This document shows, in pieces, positions 33,113-42,762 of a stretch of 64,000 nt of DNA. Every line of letters starts with the position of its first letter. The stretch's first letter is position 1. The stretch lies in IMG/VR virus record IMGVR_UViG_3300028829_004911; one strand, given 5' to 3'. The DNA is from a virus. A program made the translations under genes and the position numbers. The notes under the pieces are model-generated. The model searched no databases and was not told the DNA's origin. It was given only the letters and a program-made list of their open reading frames with translations.

Positions 33113-34510
33113 ATGCATAAACTACTATCACCCATTACACGAACCGACAGTTACAAGGTATCCCACTTCACGCAATATCCAGATAACACAACCCATGTGT
33201 CGTCCTACATTGAAGCCCGTGGCGGTGAATACGATGAGACCGTATTCTTTGGCTTACAAGCTTTCATCAAAGAATACCTGCAAACACCGATCACCGAAGA
33301 GGACGTGCAGGCAGCAAAGGCGCTATTGGAAGCGCACGGAGAACCCTTCAACGAAGAGGGGTGGATGATCATCGTAGATGAACATGAAGGCATCCTGCCT
33401 ATCGAAATTAAAGCAGTTGCCGAGGGCACGGTGATGCCCACAGGCAACGTACAGGTACAGGTGGTAAACACCGATCCACGCCTGCCGTGGTTGACGTCCT
33501 ATGTGGAGACCAAACTACTACGTGCTGTGTGGTATCCATCAACAGTAGCAACACTGAGCCGCGAAGTGAAGAAGATCATCTATCAAGGGCTGGTATTGAC
33601 TGCGGACAATCCTGATGAAGAAATCCCGTTCAAACTACACGACTTCGGCGGACGAGGCGCAACGTGCTCCGAATCAGCATTACTGGGTGGCATGGCACAC
33701 TTGGTTAACTTCATGGGCACAGACACTGTAGAAGGCCTCATTGGACCCATTGCTTATTACAATGCAGAAGGACCCGTAGGGTATTCTATCCCTGCAACGG
33801 AGCACAGCACTGTAACATCGTGGGGGCGTGATGGGGAACCAGCGATGCTGGAAAACCTGCTCGATAACAACCCCACAGGACTGGTTGCCTGTGTTATTGA
33901 CAGCTACGATGCAGAGAACTTCGCCCGAAACATTGTTGGAGGTGTGCTGAAAGAAAAAATCTTGGCTCGCGACGGCGTATTCGTCGCACGCCCCGACAGT
34001 GGTGATCCGGTTCTCATGCCTGTCAACATCATCGAAATCTTGATGGACAAGTTTGGGTTCGAAGTGAACAGTAAGGGGTTCAAGGTTCTTCCTCCGCAGG
34101 TGCGCGTTCTACAGGGTGATGGTATGGATATTGACAAAATCCGTCGCCTCATGATATGTCTACATGATCGTGGGCTGTCTGTATCCAACATTGCCGTTGG
34201 CATGGGAGGCGGCTTGTTGCAGAAGGTTGACCGTGATACGTGTAAATATGCCATGAAAGCTAGCGCGCGTAAGACTGATGATAAATGGTTCGACGTCTAT
34301 AAAGACCCAATCACCGACCAAGGTAAGCGATCTAAGAAAGGTGTTCTTGCGTTGGTAAAACGCGACACAGGGTTTGAAACAATTCGCGCGGAGAACCTAG
34401 TTAAAGGAGGGCACGGTGTTGAGCGTAATTATCTGCGCACCGTGTATCTCAATGGAGACCTGTCTATTGATGACACCTTCGACACGGTACGCGAGCGTGC
34501 AAAAATATAA
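33113..34510 (+). CDS. nadV: Nicotinamide phosphoribosyltransferase (NAMPT)
   Basis: TDSYKVSHF.QYP N-terminus, HDFGGRG and 465-aa length typical of NadV. Confidence 0.9.
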   Translation: MHKLLSPITRTDSYKVSHFTQYPDNTTHVSSYIEARGGEYDETVFFGLQAFIKEYLQTPITEEDVQAAKALLEAHGEPFNEEGWMIIVDEHEGILPIEIKAVAEGTVMPTGNVQVQVVNTDPRLPWLTSYVETKLLRAVWYPSTVATLSREVKKIIYQGLVLTADNPDEEIPFKLHDFGGRGATCSESALLGGMAHLVNFMGTDTVEGLIGPIAYYNAEGPVGYSIPATEHSTVTSWGRDGEPAMLENLLDNNPTGLVACVIDSYDAENFARNIVGGVLKEKILARDGVFVARPDSGDPVLMPVNIIEILMDKFGFEVNSKGFKVLPPQVRVLQGDGMDIDKIRRLMICLHDRGLSVSNIAVGMGGGLLQKVDRDTCKYAMKASARKTDDKWFDVYKDPITDQGKRSKKGVLALVKRDTGFETIRAENLVKGGHGVERNYLRTVYLNGDLSIDDTFDTVRERAKI

Positions 34511-34517
34511 TAGAAAT

Positions 34518-34545
34518 GCGTCACGCGTTAGCGTGGCGCGTCTTT
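34518..34545 (+). terminator. Terminator candidate
   Basis: GCGTCACGC-GTTA-GCGTGGCGC, then GTCTTT. Confidence 0.5.
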
Positions 34546-34561
34546 ACTGAGGAAGGTAATT

Positions 34562-35065
34562 GTGCCTAAGCGATTAACAACAGAAGAATTTATCGAGAAA
34601 GCAATAAGCGTGCACGGAGACGTGTACGATTATTCCTCTGTTGAATACGTACATAGTAAGGAAAAAATAGAAATAATTTGTAATAAGCATGGAGCTTATA
34701 CGCAAGAACCAGCCAATCATTTAAGTGGAAATGGATGTCCTAAATGCACCGATTACTCTACAGGCTCCTTAGTATACCTAATAGAAGTCGAGCACGGATT
34801 AGATCACTTTGCCAAAATTGGGCTAACAACCCACTCGGCGGAGAAGAGATTTCCATTCTTAGCTGAAAATATCACAACACACTTATCCCATGATTTTGGA
34901 GAATCCGCACGCGAAACAGAGCGTGCTATATTGGATTATTTAAAGACAGTCGACGGGTTAGAACCCGCCCAATGTCTTATCGGAAACGGGAGTACAGAGA
35001 CGTTTAAGGTCGGATTGATACCAGATGTTTTTAAATTATTATCTGAAAAAGTTCTTGCAAAATGA
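34562..35065 (+). CDS. T5orf172 / GIY-YIG-superfamily homing-endonuclease-like protein
   Basis: GTG start behind GGAAGG. N-terminal FIEKA..VHG..YDYS..Y...K..IIC..HG...Q....HL.G.GCPKC and SLVYLIEV....FAKIGLT....KRF. Confidence 0.65.
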   Translation: MPKRLTTEEFIEKAISVHGDVYDYSSVEYVHSKEKIEIICNKHGAYTQEPANHLSGNGCPKCTDYSTGSLVYLIEVEHGLDHFAKIGLTTHSAEKRFPFLAENITTHLSHDFGESARETERAILDYLKTVDGLEPAQCLIGNGSTETFKVGLIPDVFKLLSEKVLAK

Positions 35066-35114
35066 GCTGTGTAGGATATAAGAGCGTAAATTAAAACAAA
35101 TACGGAGATCTCAT

Positions 35115-35468
35115 ATGCTAAAATTTCTATCATTAATCCCCAAAACACTATACAAAGTGTACGATACTTTAGGTTTTGCCGTGGGGGTTTTACTTTTCCT
35201 CGCGAGTTTCGCCGGACTTATTCTGGCGGTGACGGTCGTTCTACTAAGTTTTTTAACCGCTTGGGCGCTGGCGGTGGTGTTGTCTGTTCCAAGCAATATT
35301 CTACAGCGTTGGGCACAAGCTTGGGACTCTAATTATAATTCTCCCCCTAAATTACAGGCAGTATTAGGGTCTTTATCAGCAAAAACCACCGATGACAGTG
35401 CCCTTACACCGAAGAACGGCCTAGGAGATTTACAGGATCTCGTTGCTCAAAAAGAAAGCGGTTATTGA
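35115..35468 (+). CDS. Hypothetical membrane protein
   Basis: Track ORF, two hydrophobic helices. Confidence 0.7.
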   Translation: MLKFLSLIPKTLYKVYDTLGFAVGVLLFLASFAGLILAVTVVLLSFLTAWALAVVLSVPSNILQRWAQAWDSNYNSPPKLQAVLGSLSAKTTDDSALTPKNGLGDLQDLVAQKESGY

Positions 35469-35496
35469 TCTAAGTAATTTACCACTGTGTTTAAAG

Positions 35497-35531
35497 TCTC
35501 CAAAAAGGCGAAAACTCTTTTGGAGATTTTT
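35497..35531 (+). terminator. Rho-independent terminator
   Basis: TCTCCAAAA-N12-TTTTGGAGA followed by TTTTT. Confidence 0.7.
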
Positions 35532-35580
35532 AAACTGAGGTAATGCGGCAACACTGATCACTTTTTGATTGTATAATATT

Positions 35581-35609
35581 TTGACGAGATTACACTAGGT
35601 AGTGTACTA
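35581..35609 (+). promoter_or_regulatory. Candidate promoter with an embedded palindrome TACACTA-GG-TAGTGTA
   Basis: TTGACG at 35581. Palindrome at 35591-35606. -10 poor (GTACTA). Confidence 0.35.
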
Positions 35610-35744
35610 CGTTTTAGTAATATCAAGAATTGGGGCAATAGCTTACGTGCCTACTGAATCAAATGTAATAAAAACACCTAGCACCTGTTGTGTGTGGGGA
35701 TAAATGTGTGTAGTTTCTGACATCTGCACTATAAGGATGACGTA

Positions 35745-38700
35745 ATGAATTTGGCTGAACTTCTCGAACTGATTTTTGAAGAGCCTGTTGGCATAGAAAT
35801 ATTTGATCAGCTTGACGAGAACAACGACAACGATAACGATTTCATCGTAAGCAGTTTTGACAAGGTGGATCTAGGTGTCGCGTTGATGCAAGGTCCTTGT
35901 GTTTCTCTTATTATTGACGATGAAGTATTTGCCGTCGCCTCTTGGGAAGAGAATGAACACGCCACCGTGTTGTTGAAAAATGACGATGGACGTGTGCTAT
36001 CTATTTGGGTACTGGAAGATCCTTTACATGCTGACAAGCTGTCAGACGAAAATCTATTAACAGAGATACCATTGACGTGGAAAGTCCATTCTGGAACTGG
36101 AAACCTTTATGGGATGGGAGACGTGCATGCTTTGGCACAAGACGACAATATTGTGGAACCGACTACGCTGGAAGTGGAAGATGAAACAAGCGATCAAGGA
36201 ACAGAACAAGCACCTAATGAAGATGGGACTACCCCCCCGCAAGAACCTACTCTGATCAACGACGCACAGGTAATTGGTGACGCTGCCCATCCGGATATGC
36301 AAGAGATTCTCGCCAAACCTGTTACATTCATGACCGGGGAGTTATGGGATCAAGGGAATCGCCGTAATACGCAGTCAGGCGGATGGCAGAAGAATGAGCA
36401 AACGTGGTTAAGCTTGCTAATGGCAGAGTGGTCACCATTTACGGTTCATGCCGAATCTAAAGGAAAGCAAGGCGCGGCCATCGTCGTCGGGGAGACAATC
36501 GAAGGAAATCGAAACGCGGAATCTGTCAAGTCAATCGGCGCAGTTGTGCTAGATATCGACAGCGGACCAACATATGAATCAGTGCGCGACCAATTGGAAG
36601 AGCTTGGTCAATTCGCGATCATGTACACCAGTTTTAACAACAAAAAAACGGAAATCGTGCTAAAACACGACGAGGTTGTACGTAAGCTGAAACTGGACGA
36701 CACGCCAAATCGCCTCCAGGTGATAGAGTACATAAAATTGCATCATAAGGACCGATACGATGCCGCATTTTTGCAAGGGATCGAAATCGTAGACGCCCGA
36801 CACCACGGGCCAAAGGGCCTGCAAATAATCCTGAAAACCCCGCCCCTTCACAAGTTTCGTGTTGTTCTTCCTCTCTGGGAGCCTGTAGAGTTGGCTTCAT
36901 TGGGGACAACAAGTGCGCAGTGGAAAAATGCGTGGGCAGATATTGTCACTGGATACTGTGTTTCCACGCTGAAAATAAGTTTCGATAGCACTAGCTGTGA
37001 CGTTAATCGCCTGTTTTATACCGCCCGGCATCCAAAAGGCGGTGACTGGGAAGCAACCGTAATCCAAGGCCGCGCACTGCGTGTTGACGAAGTCGAGACC
37101 TATTCCAAGAACGCTTACCTCAAAAATCGTGAACCGTTAGATCCTTTTGTAGCAGCGGGTACGGGCGGAGATGTTGATGATGACCGTCCACCGCAGTGCC
37201 TGACTCCCTCCGGTATGGTGCTCAATGCCTGGCATACCAAAGCAAAAGAGCGCTTTTTGCTAGACGAAGTAATTATGGTAGAGGCCTCCGACAAAATCCG
37301 CCGTGAAGTAAGCGACGGAAAAATCGAGATTGAGTGCCCCTTCGAACATGAGCATTCCAGTGAAGGTGGCACAGGGACGTTGGCAATGTCCCCGCACGTA
37401 AACGAGAACGGCTACTGGAGCATCAGTTGCCCACACGACGCCTGCCAAGGCCGTCACAAGCTTGCACACCTCGCAGAGATGCTTAAGGCTGGATGGTTTG
37501 ATGAAGACTGCTTGACGAGTGAAGAGTATCTGATCCCAAGCGACGAAGACGACGAAGAGGAAAAGATTGAGAAAGCGCGTGCGGAAGCTCCAAAGGATGC
37601 GGACGGAAATATACGAACGCCCATCGCGATGACACGCGATCTTCCTGACACCATCACAGATGATAAAGTGGTGGCTTTCATGAAACGTATCCGCAGCATG
37701 GGTGTGGATCAGTCTACACGCAACATGATAACAGACATTCTAGAAAAAAAGACAGCACTGACTAAGGGAAATCTGAACAAAATGTGGCGCGGACTTGAAC
37801 GCGACGCAACTGCAGAACAAAAAGAAATTGCTGCCGAAGACCTGACTAATTTCAAAGGGGTACCAATCGTGAACCAATGGGATTATGATATGCAGGTAGA
37901 ATACGCGCGCCTACGTATCCATGATGAAAACACGAAGCACCCATTCCTGTTTCACTACATGGATGAAATGGCCCGAATCGAACAAGACGGTGAAGGTGTG
38001 CCAAAAGTTCGCATGCTATCGCAAGATCAATTTGGAGCGGAACTCAATACAATGACAAAGTGGAACACCATATCATTTGCAGGGGAGACGCAAGTTGAGC
38101 GCGGGGTGCCAGCACCAATCGAAGTCGTAAAACATCTGTACAACGCACGCCGTAACGCACTTCCCCCGCTACGCGGGATGGTGACGTCTCCCATCTTCAC
38201 TAAGAAGGGAGAGCTACTCACTACAGCAGGATATCACACATCAAGTGGGCTATATTATGAGCCGGATTTATCTGTAGACATTCCGAAGGTGAGTACAAAA
38301 CCAACGCAAGAAGAAGTTGATGGCGCACTAGAACTTTTAGTTGATACCATTGCTGACTTTCCACTTGGAGGCATGGCCCGTAAAGAAATAGTTGAGAAAG
38401 CATTCAGTGAAGAAGGTATTCCAGCGGTTACGCACTGCCTATCAATGATTCTTTTGCTGTTCGCCCGTGAAATGGTTGCAGGTTCTACGCCGGGACACTT
38501 GATGACCAAGCCTGCTCCTGGTACAGGTGCGTCTTTACTGAACGACGTTTGTTCTATTATTGCCACAGGGCAGCCAACACCTGCTGTTGCCATGCCACGT
38601 AATCCAGAAGAGATGTCAAAAACATTAATTACGTTCATGGCTGACGGTTCTCCAATCATCTACTTTGATAACATTAGTGCGGGAGTGGATAGTGGCGAGC

Positions 38701-39443
38701 TTGCGTCAGCAATGACGGCACCAAAGTACAAGGCGCGTATGCTGGGGAAATCTCAGACGGTTGAAGCCGAAGTACGCTGTGTGTGGGTGTTTACAGGTAA
38801 CAACGTACAACTATCGAGTGAACTATTGCGCCGTTTGGTTATGATCGATTTAGACGCCCGTATGGCCAACCCTGAAATGCGTACTAAATTTAAGCGTAAA
38901 GATATTGTAACATGGGCCAAAGAGAATCGAGGCATACTTGTACACGCGTGTTTGACCATAATTCAAAACTGGATTGCACAAGGTAAACCTGAATACGAAG
39001 GTCCTATTTTAAATTCATTCGAGAACTGGTCTCGTGTTATGGGCGGAATTCTCACCACTGCTGGTTTGGGCGGATTCCTTGGAAACCGTGATGAGTTGAA
39101 AGAAATCGCCAGCGATGATGCGGACGATGACATCGTTCCGTTGTTAGATACATGGTGGGATCTACACCCAGAAGACAAGGTTGTGGTTAAGCTGAACAAG
39201 GATATTCCAAGTCTTATGGAAGTAGCGCTGGAAAATGACATTCAACTACCCATTAGAATGAAAGTGACGGTAGACGGTGACCGAACACTTGACGGACGCG
39301 CTTTCGGTAAACTTCTATCACAACATCGCGGACGTGTGTTCGTACTGACAAGCGGCGAAGAAGTCATGATTGAAAAATTGGCAACACGTCATAAGCACGG
39401 CACCCTTTGGACACTTATACCTGCAGGCGGGGAGGAAGACTAA
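35745..39443 (+). CDS. Large replication protein, primase-polymerase-like with a C-terminal NTPase-like region
   Basis: 1232 aa. VVLDIDSG (DxD-like), Zn cluster CPFEHEH...CPHDACQGRH, P-loop-like APGTGAS lacking the Lys. Confidence 0.5.
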   Translation: MNLAELLELIFEEPVGIEIFDQLDENNDNDNDFIVSSFDKVDLGVALMQGPCVSLIIDDEVFAVASWEENEHATVLLKNDDGRVLSIWVLEDPLHADKLSDENLLTEIPLTWKVHSGTGNLYGMGDVHALAQDDNIVEPTTLEVEDETSDQGTEQAPNEDGTTPPQEPTLINDAQVIGDAAHPDMQEILAKPVTFMTGELWDQGNRRNTQSGGWQKNEQTWLSLLMAEWSPFTVHAESKGKQGAAIVVGETIEGNRNAESVKSIGAVVLDIDSGPTYESVRDQLEELGQFAIMYTSFNNKKTEIVLKHDEVVRKLKLDDTPNRLQVIEYIKLHHKDRYDAAFLQGIEIVDARHHGPKGLQIILKTPPLHKFRVVLPLWEPVELASLGTTSAQWKNAWADIVTGYCVSTLKISFDSTSCDVNRLFYTARHPKGGDWEATVIQGRALRVDEVETYSKNAYLKNREPLDPFVAAGTGGDVDDDRPPQCLTPSGMVLNAWHTKAKERFLLDEVIMVEASDKIRREVSDGKIEIECPFEHEHSSEGGTGTLAMSPHVNENGYWSISCPHDACQGRHKLAHLAEMLKAGWFDEDCLTSEEYLIPSDEDDEEEKIEKARAEAPKDADGNIRTPIAMTRDLPDTITDDKVVAFMKRIRSMGVDQSTRNMITDILEKKTALTKGNLNKMWRGLERDATAEQKEIAAEDLTNFKGVPIVNQWDYDMQVEYARLRIHDENTKHPFLFHYMDEMARIEQDGEGVPKVRMLSQDQFGAELNTMTKWNTISFAGETQVERGVPAPIEVVKHLYNARRNALPPLRGMVTSPIFTKKGELLTTAGYHTSSGLYYEPDLSVDIPKVSTKPTQEEVDGALELLVDTIADFPLGGMARKEIVEKAFSEEGIPAVTHCLSMILLLFAREMVAGSTPGHLMTKPAPGTGASLLNDVCSIIATGQPTPAVAMPRNPEEMSKTLITFMADGSPIIYFDNISAGVDSGELASAMTAPKYKARMLGKSQTVEAEVRCVWVFTGNNVQLSSELLRRLVMIDLDARMANPEMRTKFKRKDIVTWAKENRGILVHACLTIIQNWIAQGKPEYEGPILNSFENWSRVMGGILTTAGLGGFLGNRDELKEIASDDADDDIVPLLDTWWDLHPEDKVVVKLNKDIPSLMEVALENDIQLPIRMKVTVDGDRTLDGRAFGKLLSQHRGRVFVLTSGEEVMIEKLATRHKHGTLWTLIPAGGEED

Positions 39444-39444
39444 A

Positions 39445-39621
39445 TTGTATAATAAGCCATCGAAAGCAGATAGAACTAGAATTGAAGAAATGTATGATTG
39501 GCAACGCGCAAGCGGTGACTGCATCTGTGATATTTGCGGACATCTATTCTATGATCATCACCCAGTACCGGGGTATAATTGGCTTCGCATGTTATGTGAC
39601 GGAGGGCTTGTGAAACTATGA
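39445..39621 (+). CDS. Hypothetical small Cys/His-rich protein
   Basis: TTG start 9 nt after GGAGGA. Tail of track ORF 39370..39621. Confidence 0.45.
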   Translation: MYNKPSKADRTRIEEMYDWQRASGDCICDICGHLFYDHHPVPGYNWLRMLCDGGLVKL

Positions 39622-39809
39622 GTGAATGCACCTGCCCGAAAGATGGGAGAGAGATCGACCGAGATTACCGTGTATACGTGTATAGTCCAGAAGCCGATGT
39701 GACAGTAATGACACAACAAGGACCTGAACGACGTGTGGACGGGAATCAGGTTCATATATTCCACAAAGATTGCCCGAAACATGGATATAAGGTCCTAAAT
39801 GATGAATAA
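39618..39809 (+). CDS. Hypothetical small protein
   Basis: Track ORF, ATGA-coupled. Confidence 0.6.
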   Translation: MSECTCPKDGREIDRDYRVYVYSPEADVTVMTQQGPERRVDGNQVHIFHKDCPKHGYKVLNDE

Positions 39810-40203
39810 TACGACAAATATCGAAGACTTTTTTGAGCAATACGACGAATTAGCCACTCACGTGTGTTCGGATACTATTCCAAATATTGGTTCAGGGGTG
39901 GAGCACACTAACGAACAGATGTGTGACGAAATCTGTGAGATAGAAGATGTGGATCATTTCGATCTTTTTGCTGACCTTGATCCAGAGGCAGTCATGGAAA
40001 GTGGTGATTCTACCATAACAAAATCCACTGCATTCAAATACCTCCTCAGATATCAAACGTTCCGCACGGCAGAAGAATACGGTGTAGGAGACGCCACCTT
40101 TAACGAGTTGGCAATTGCGCATAGCGAATTGTGGTACATAAAACTGACACACAAATATGCGGAATTGTGTGGGGTCGAAACCGATAATACGTGGATGCAT
40201 TAA
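39799..40203 (+). CDS. Hypothetical acidic protein
   Basis: Track ORF. Confidence 0.7.
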   Translation: MMNNTTNIEDFFEQYDELATHVCSDTIPNIGSGVEHTNEQMCDEICEIEDVDHFDLFADLDPEAVMESGDSTITKSTAFKYLLRYQTFRTAEEYGVGDATFNELAIAHSELWYIKLTHKYAELCGVETDNTWMH

Positions 40204-40210
40204 AAAATAC

Positions 40211-40240
40211 TTGATTTCTTTCTACCGAATTTGGTATACA
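40211..40240 (+). promoter_or_regulatory. Candidate sigma70-like promoter
   Basis: TTGATT, 18 nt, TATACA, followed by (AAT)5 and an inverted TGATTCG box. Confidence 0.45.
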
Positions 40241-40275
40241 ATAATAATAATAATACTGATTCGTAGGAGAATATC

Positions 40276-40533
40276 ATGGACAACGGCTGGAACGCAGACT
40301 TAACTACTATTCCTAAAGATGGCACTGTGTTTGACGTGTGGACAATAGAAGGGATCCGGATCCCCGACTGCGCCTTTGTCTATCCATGGGAACCGAATCG
40401 AGCACCGCCTAGTCAACCAGAAACCATTTGTAGCTACGAACAAGTTGACTACGATGGGGTTGAGGGATGGGATCCGGTCGAAAATGAGCGCGTAACACAC
40501 TGGCGTTTTGCACCAGAAGGACCGAAAGGATAG
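40276..40533 (+). CDS. Hypothetical protein
   Basis: Track ORF, RBS AGGAGA. Confidence 0.75.
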   Translation: MDNGWNADLTTIPKDGTVFDVWTIEGIRIPDCAFVYPWEPNRAPPSQPETICSYEQVDYDGVEGWDPVENERVTHWRFAPEGPKG

Positions 40534-40536
40534 GTA

Positions 40537-41211
40537 ATGGCTAATTCACATGCACCAATTTTGGATCGGAGCGGCTTAACTGATTTGCTTGATCAGGTTT
40601 TGAAAAGCAACCCGCAACCACAGGTAATGTCCGTGGCTTTTATGCTATCGTATTACGCAGGAATGCGTGTTCAAGAAATTGCTGGACTACGCTGGACACC
40701 ACACGTCATTGATCATCGGGGGGAGGTTCGTACACACGAATACCCCATTACCGAGGGACCGGGGAATCTACTTCGGGACAACCTTGGGAATATTGTCAGT
40801 GAAAGACTTCCCACCATTTTCATTGGCTCAGATATTTCAAAATACACGGGTGAACGTGAAATACCTTGCCACACCGATTTGAAAAAAGAATTAGAATCAC
40901 TTTATTCTGTCAGCGAAAGTGAGTGGGTCATTCCGAGTGGAAACTCAGGCGCACGAGAAAATCTAAAGCATCGTGCGCACGCCCTGCGTATGCGGATTAA
41001 ACGCGTGTACACAAAATTAGGGTTAGAAGAACACTCTTCTCATAGTGGGCGGCGTTCGTATATTACAAGAGGCGCGCGTGTCGCCAATATGAATGGAGCA
41101 TCTATTCGCGACATTCAAAGTATGGCAGGACACGCCAGCATCAAGACGACTCAAGCATACATTGACGAAAATCTGTCAGGACAGGCACGTACAACAGAGG
41201 CCATGTGGTAA
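40537..41211 (+). CDS. Short tyrosine recombinase / integrase-family protein
   Basis: GMRVQEI (Arg I), HSGRRSY (HxxR) and GHASIKTTQAYI (His, Tyr). Only 224 aa, no arm-binding domain. Confidence 0.85.
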   Translation: MANSHAPILDRSGLTDLLDQVLKSNPQPQVMSVAFMLSYYAGMRVQEIAGLRWTPHVIDHRGEVRTHEYPITEGPGNLLRDNLGNIVSERLPTIFIGSDISKYTGEREIPCHTDLKKELESLYSVSESEWVIPSGNSGARENLKHRAHALRMRIKRVYTKLGLEEHSSHSGRRSYITRGARVANMNGASIRDIQSMAGHASIKTTQAYIDENLSGQARTTEAMW

Positions 41212-41235
41212 TTACAGGGATGTTTGGAGAATTCT

Positions 41236-41487
41236 ATGAGCAGAACTAAAAAGCACTTCCGTGATGTTGAATCAGTTGTCGGCGAACTTTTTACCGACTA
41301 TGACATTGTACAGGGAAAGAAACATATTGATATTGTTGTTCGACATTCGGGCAGGGCCAGAAAGATAACGGCGAGCAGTACCCCCTCATGCCGACATGCC
41401 ACAAATCAATTGAGACGCGATATGCGTAAAATCTTACACGAACTGACAACTGGAGCAGAATCTGGTTCAGGCTGGACGAAAGGATGA
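41236..41487 (+). CDS. Hypothetical basic protein
   Basis: ATG behind GGAGA within track ORF 41224..41487. Confidence 0.65.
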   Translation: MSRTKKHFRDVESVVGELFTDYDIVQGKKHIDIVVRHSGRARKITASSTPSCRHATNQLRRDMRKILHELTTGAESGSGWTKG

Positions 41488-41524
41488 ATAATGGAGAGGC
41501 TATTTCGAAAGTATTCAAAACCAC

Positions 41525-41553
41525 TTGACGATGTAGGGCGAATCACTTAGGTT
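41525..41553 (+). promoter_or_regulatory. Sigma70-like promoter, TTGACG-N8-GCGAATCAC variant
   Basis: TTGACG, 17 nt, TAGGTT. Same layout as 10920. Confidence 0.55.
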
Positions 41554-41581
41554 CAGCTACAACAACAAATAGGAGGACCTA

Positions 41582-42571
41582 ATGTCACATATCAAATTTC
41601 CAAGCATCGAGAGCTACGCACACGTATACCGCAGCCAACAACGTTTCGACGTACCTTCATCGGTAAAGTATGGCGCGAAGATCAAACTCCACGGCACCAA
41701 TGCCGCCGTACGTATTTCAGCGAAGGGGGACGTGGTAGCGCAGGGACGCAACCGCGATATATTCGTAGGAGAAGATCAATTTGGTTTTGCAGGTTTCGTG
41801 GACAAGAACGACAGCGACTGGCGCGTAGCTGCCACTAAATTCCTGACGGCACTGAGCCTACAACGCGATGACGTAGTGGTTCACGGAGAATGGGCAGGTC
41901 CGGGCATCCAGAAAAAAGATGCAGTCTCTACGTTGGCAAAGAAATACTTCTTCATTTTTGCGGTACAAGTTGGGGACGCCATGTACACAGATCCTGACGT
42001 GATCGAAGCAGCCGTGCCTGATCTTGACAACCTTTTAGTTCTGCCATGGTTCATCGAAGTTCCTAATATGATGAATTTCGCGGATGCCAGTTTGTGTGAC
42101 TATTTTGCCAGTTGGGCAAATCGTCAGGCAAATATCATCGGTGAACGAGATCCTTTCATAGAAGAAATTTTCGGCGTAGAAGGTCCTGGGGAAGGTCTGG
42201 TGTTCGTTCCAATGGCGCAGGGCATCGACCGAAACGTGTACAGTGCGCTAACGTTCAAAGCCAAGTGCGAAGGACACGGTGCTAAAGCGGGTCCAGCGGT
42301 CGTTCGTGATTTGGTCATTCCAAAAGGTGTAGAAGACTTTGTGAAGACGTTTGTTACCGAAGCACGCTGTGAACAGGCTGTTTCCGAAGGGTGTGGCGGG
42401 ATTGCAACACTGGAAAAGACTGGCGACTTTCTCAAGTGGATTGGACAAGACGTGGCGAAAGAAAGTGGCGAAGAACTCTCTGAAATGGATCTCGAATGGA
42501 AACAGGTGCAAAAGTACGTCATCACCGCAGCGAAACTGTGGTTCCGCGCCAAAGCGACGGCAATCGTATGA
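41582..42571 (+). CDS. RNA ligase, Rnl2-like
   Basis: Motif I KLHGTN. HGEWAGPGIQK resembles T4 Rnl2 FGEFAGPGIQK. 329 aa. Confidence 0.8.
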   Translation: MSHIKFPSIESYAHVYRSQQRFDVPSSVKYGAKIKLHGTNAAVRISAKGDVVAQGRNRDIFVGEDQFGFAGFVDKNDSDWRVAATKFLTALSLQRDDVVVHGEWAGPGIQKKDAVSTLAKKYFFIFAVQVGDAMYTDPDVIEAAVPDLDNLLVLPWFIEVPNMMNFADASLCDYFASWANRQANIIGERDPFIEEIFGVEGPGEGLVFVPMAQGIDRNVYSALTFKAKCEGHGAKAGPAVVRDLVIPKGVEDFVKTFVTEARCEQAVSEGCGGIATLEKTGDFLKWIGQDVAKESGEELSEMDLEWKQVQKYVITAAKLWFRAKATAIV

Positions 42572-42762
42572 TGGATATAACTGCGCAAACAAAACTTATT
42601 GGCGAGAAGACGGCGGAGCTGAACGATCTTATTTATCAACTTCCGCGAACCTGTAAAGTCGAGGTCGTTGTAACAGAACGCCTGGCAGTGCAAAGCCAAT
42701 TCCCCCCACCACACGTATCGGTAACTGTATTTCAGTGGCTAGGAGGAAATAGAAGTGGGTGA
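42568..42762 (+). CDS. Hypothetical protein
   Basis: ATGA-coupled ATG within track ORF 42496..42762. Confidence 0.6.
   Translation: MMDITAQTKLIGEKTAELNDLIYQLPRTCKVEVVVTERLAVQSQFPPPHVSVTVFQWLGGNRSG

Noticed and set aside
40240-40254. (AAT)5 microsatellite as a phase-variation switch
   Set aside because: It lies downstream of the predicted -10 and upstream of the RBS, so length changes would not alter promoter spacing or reading frame.
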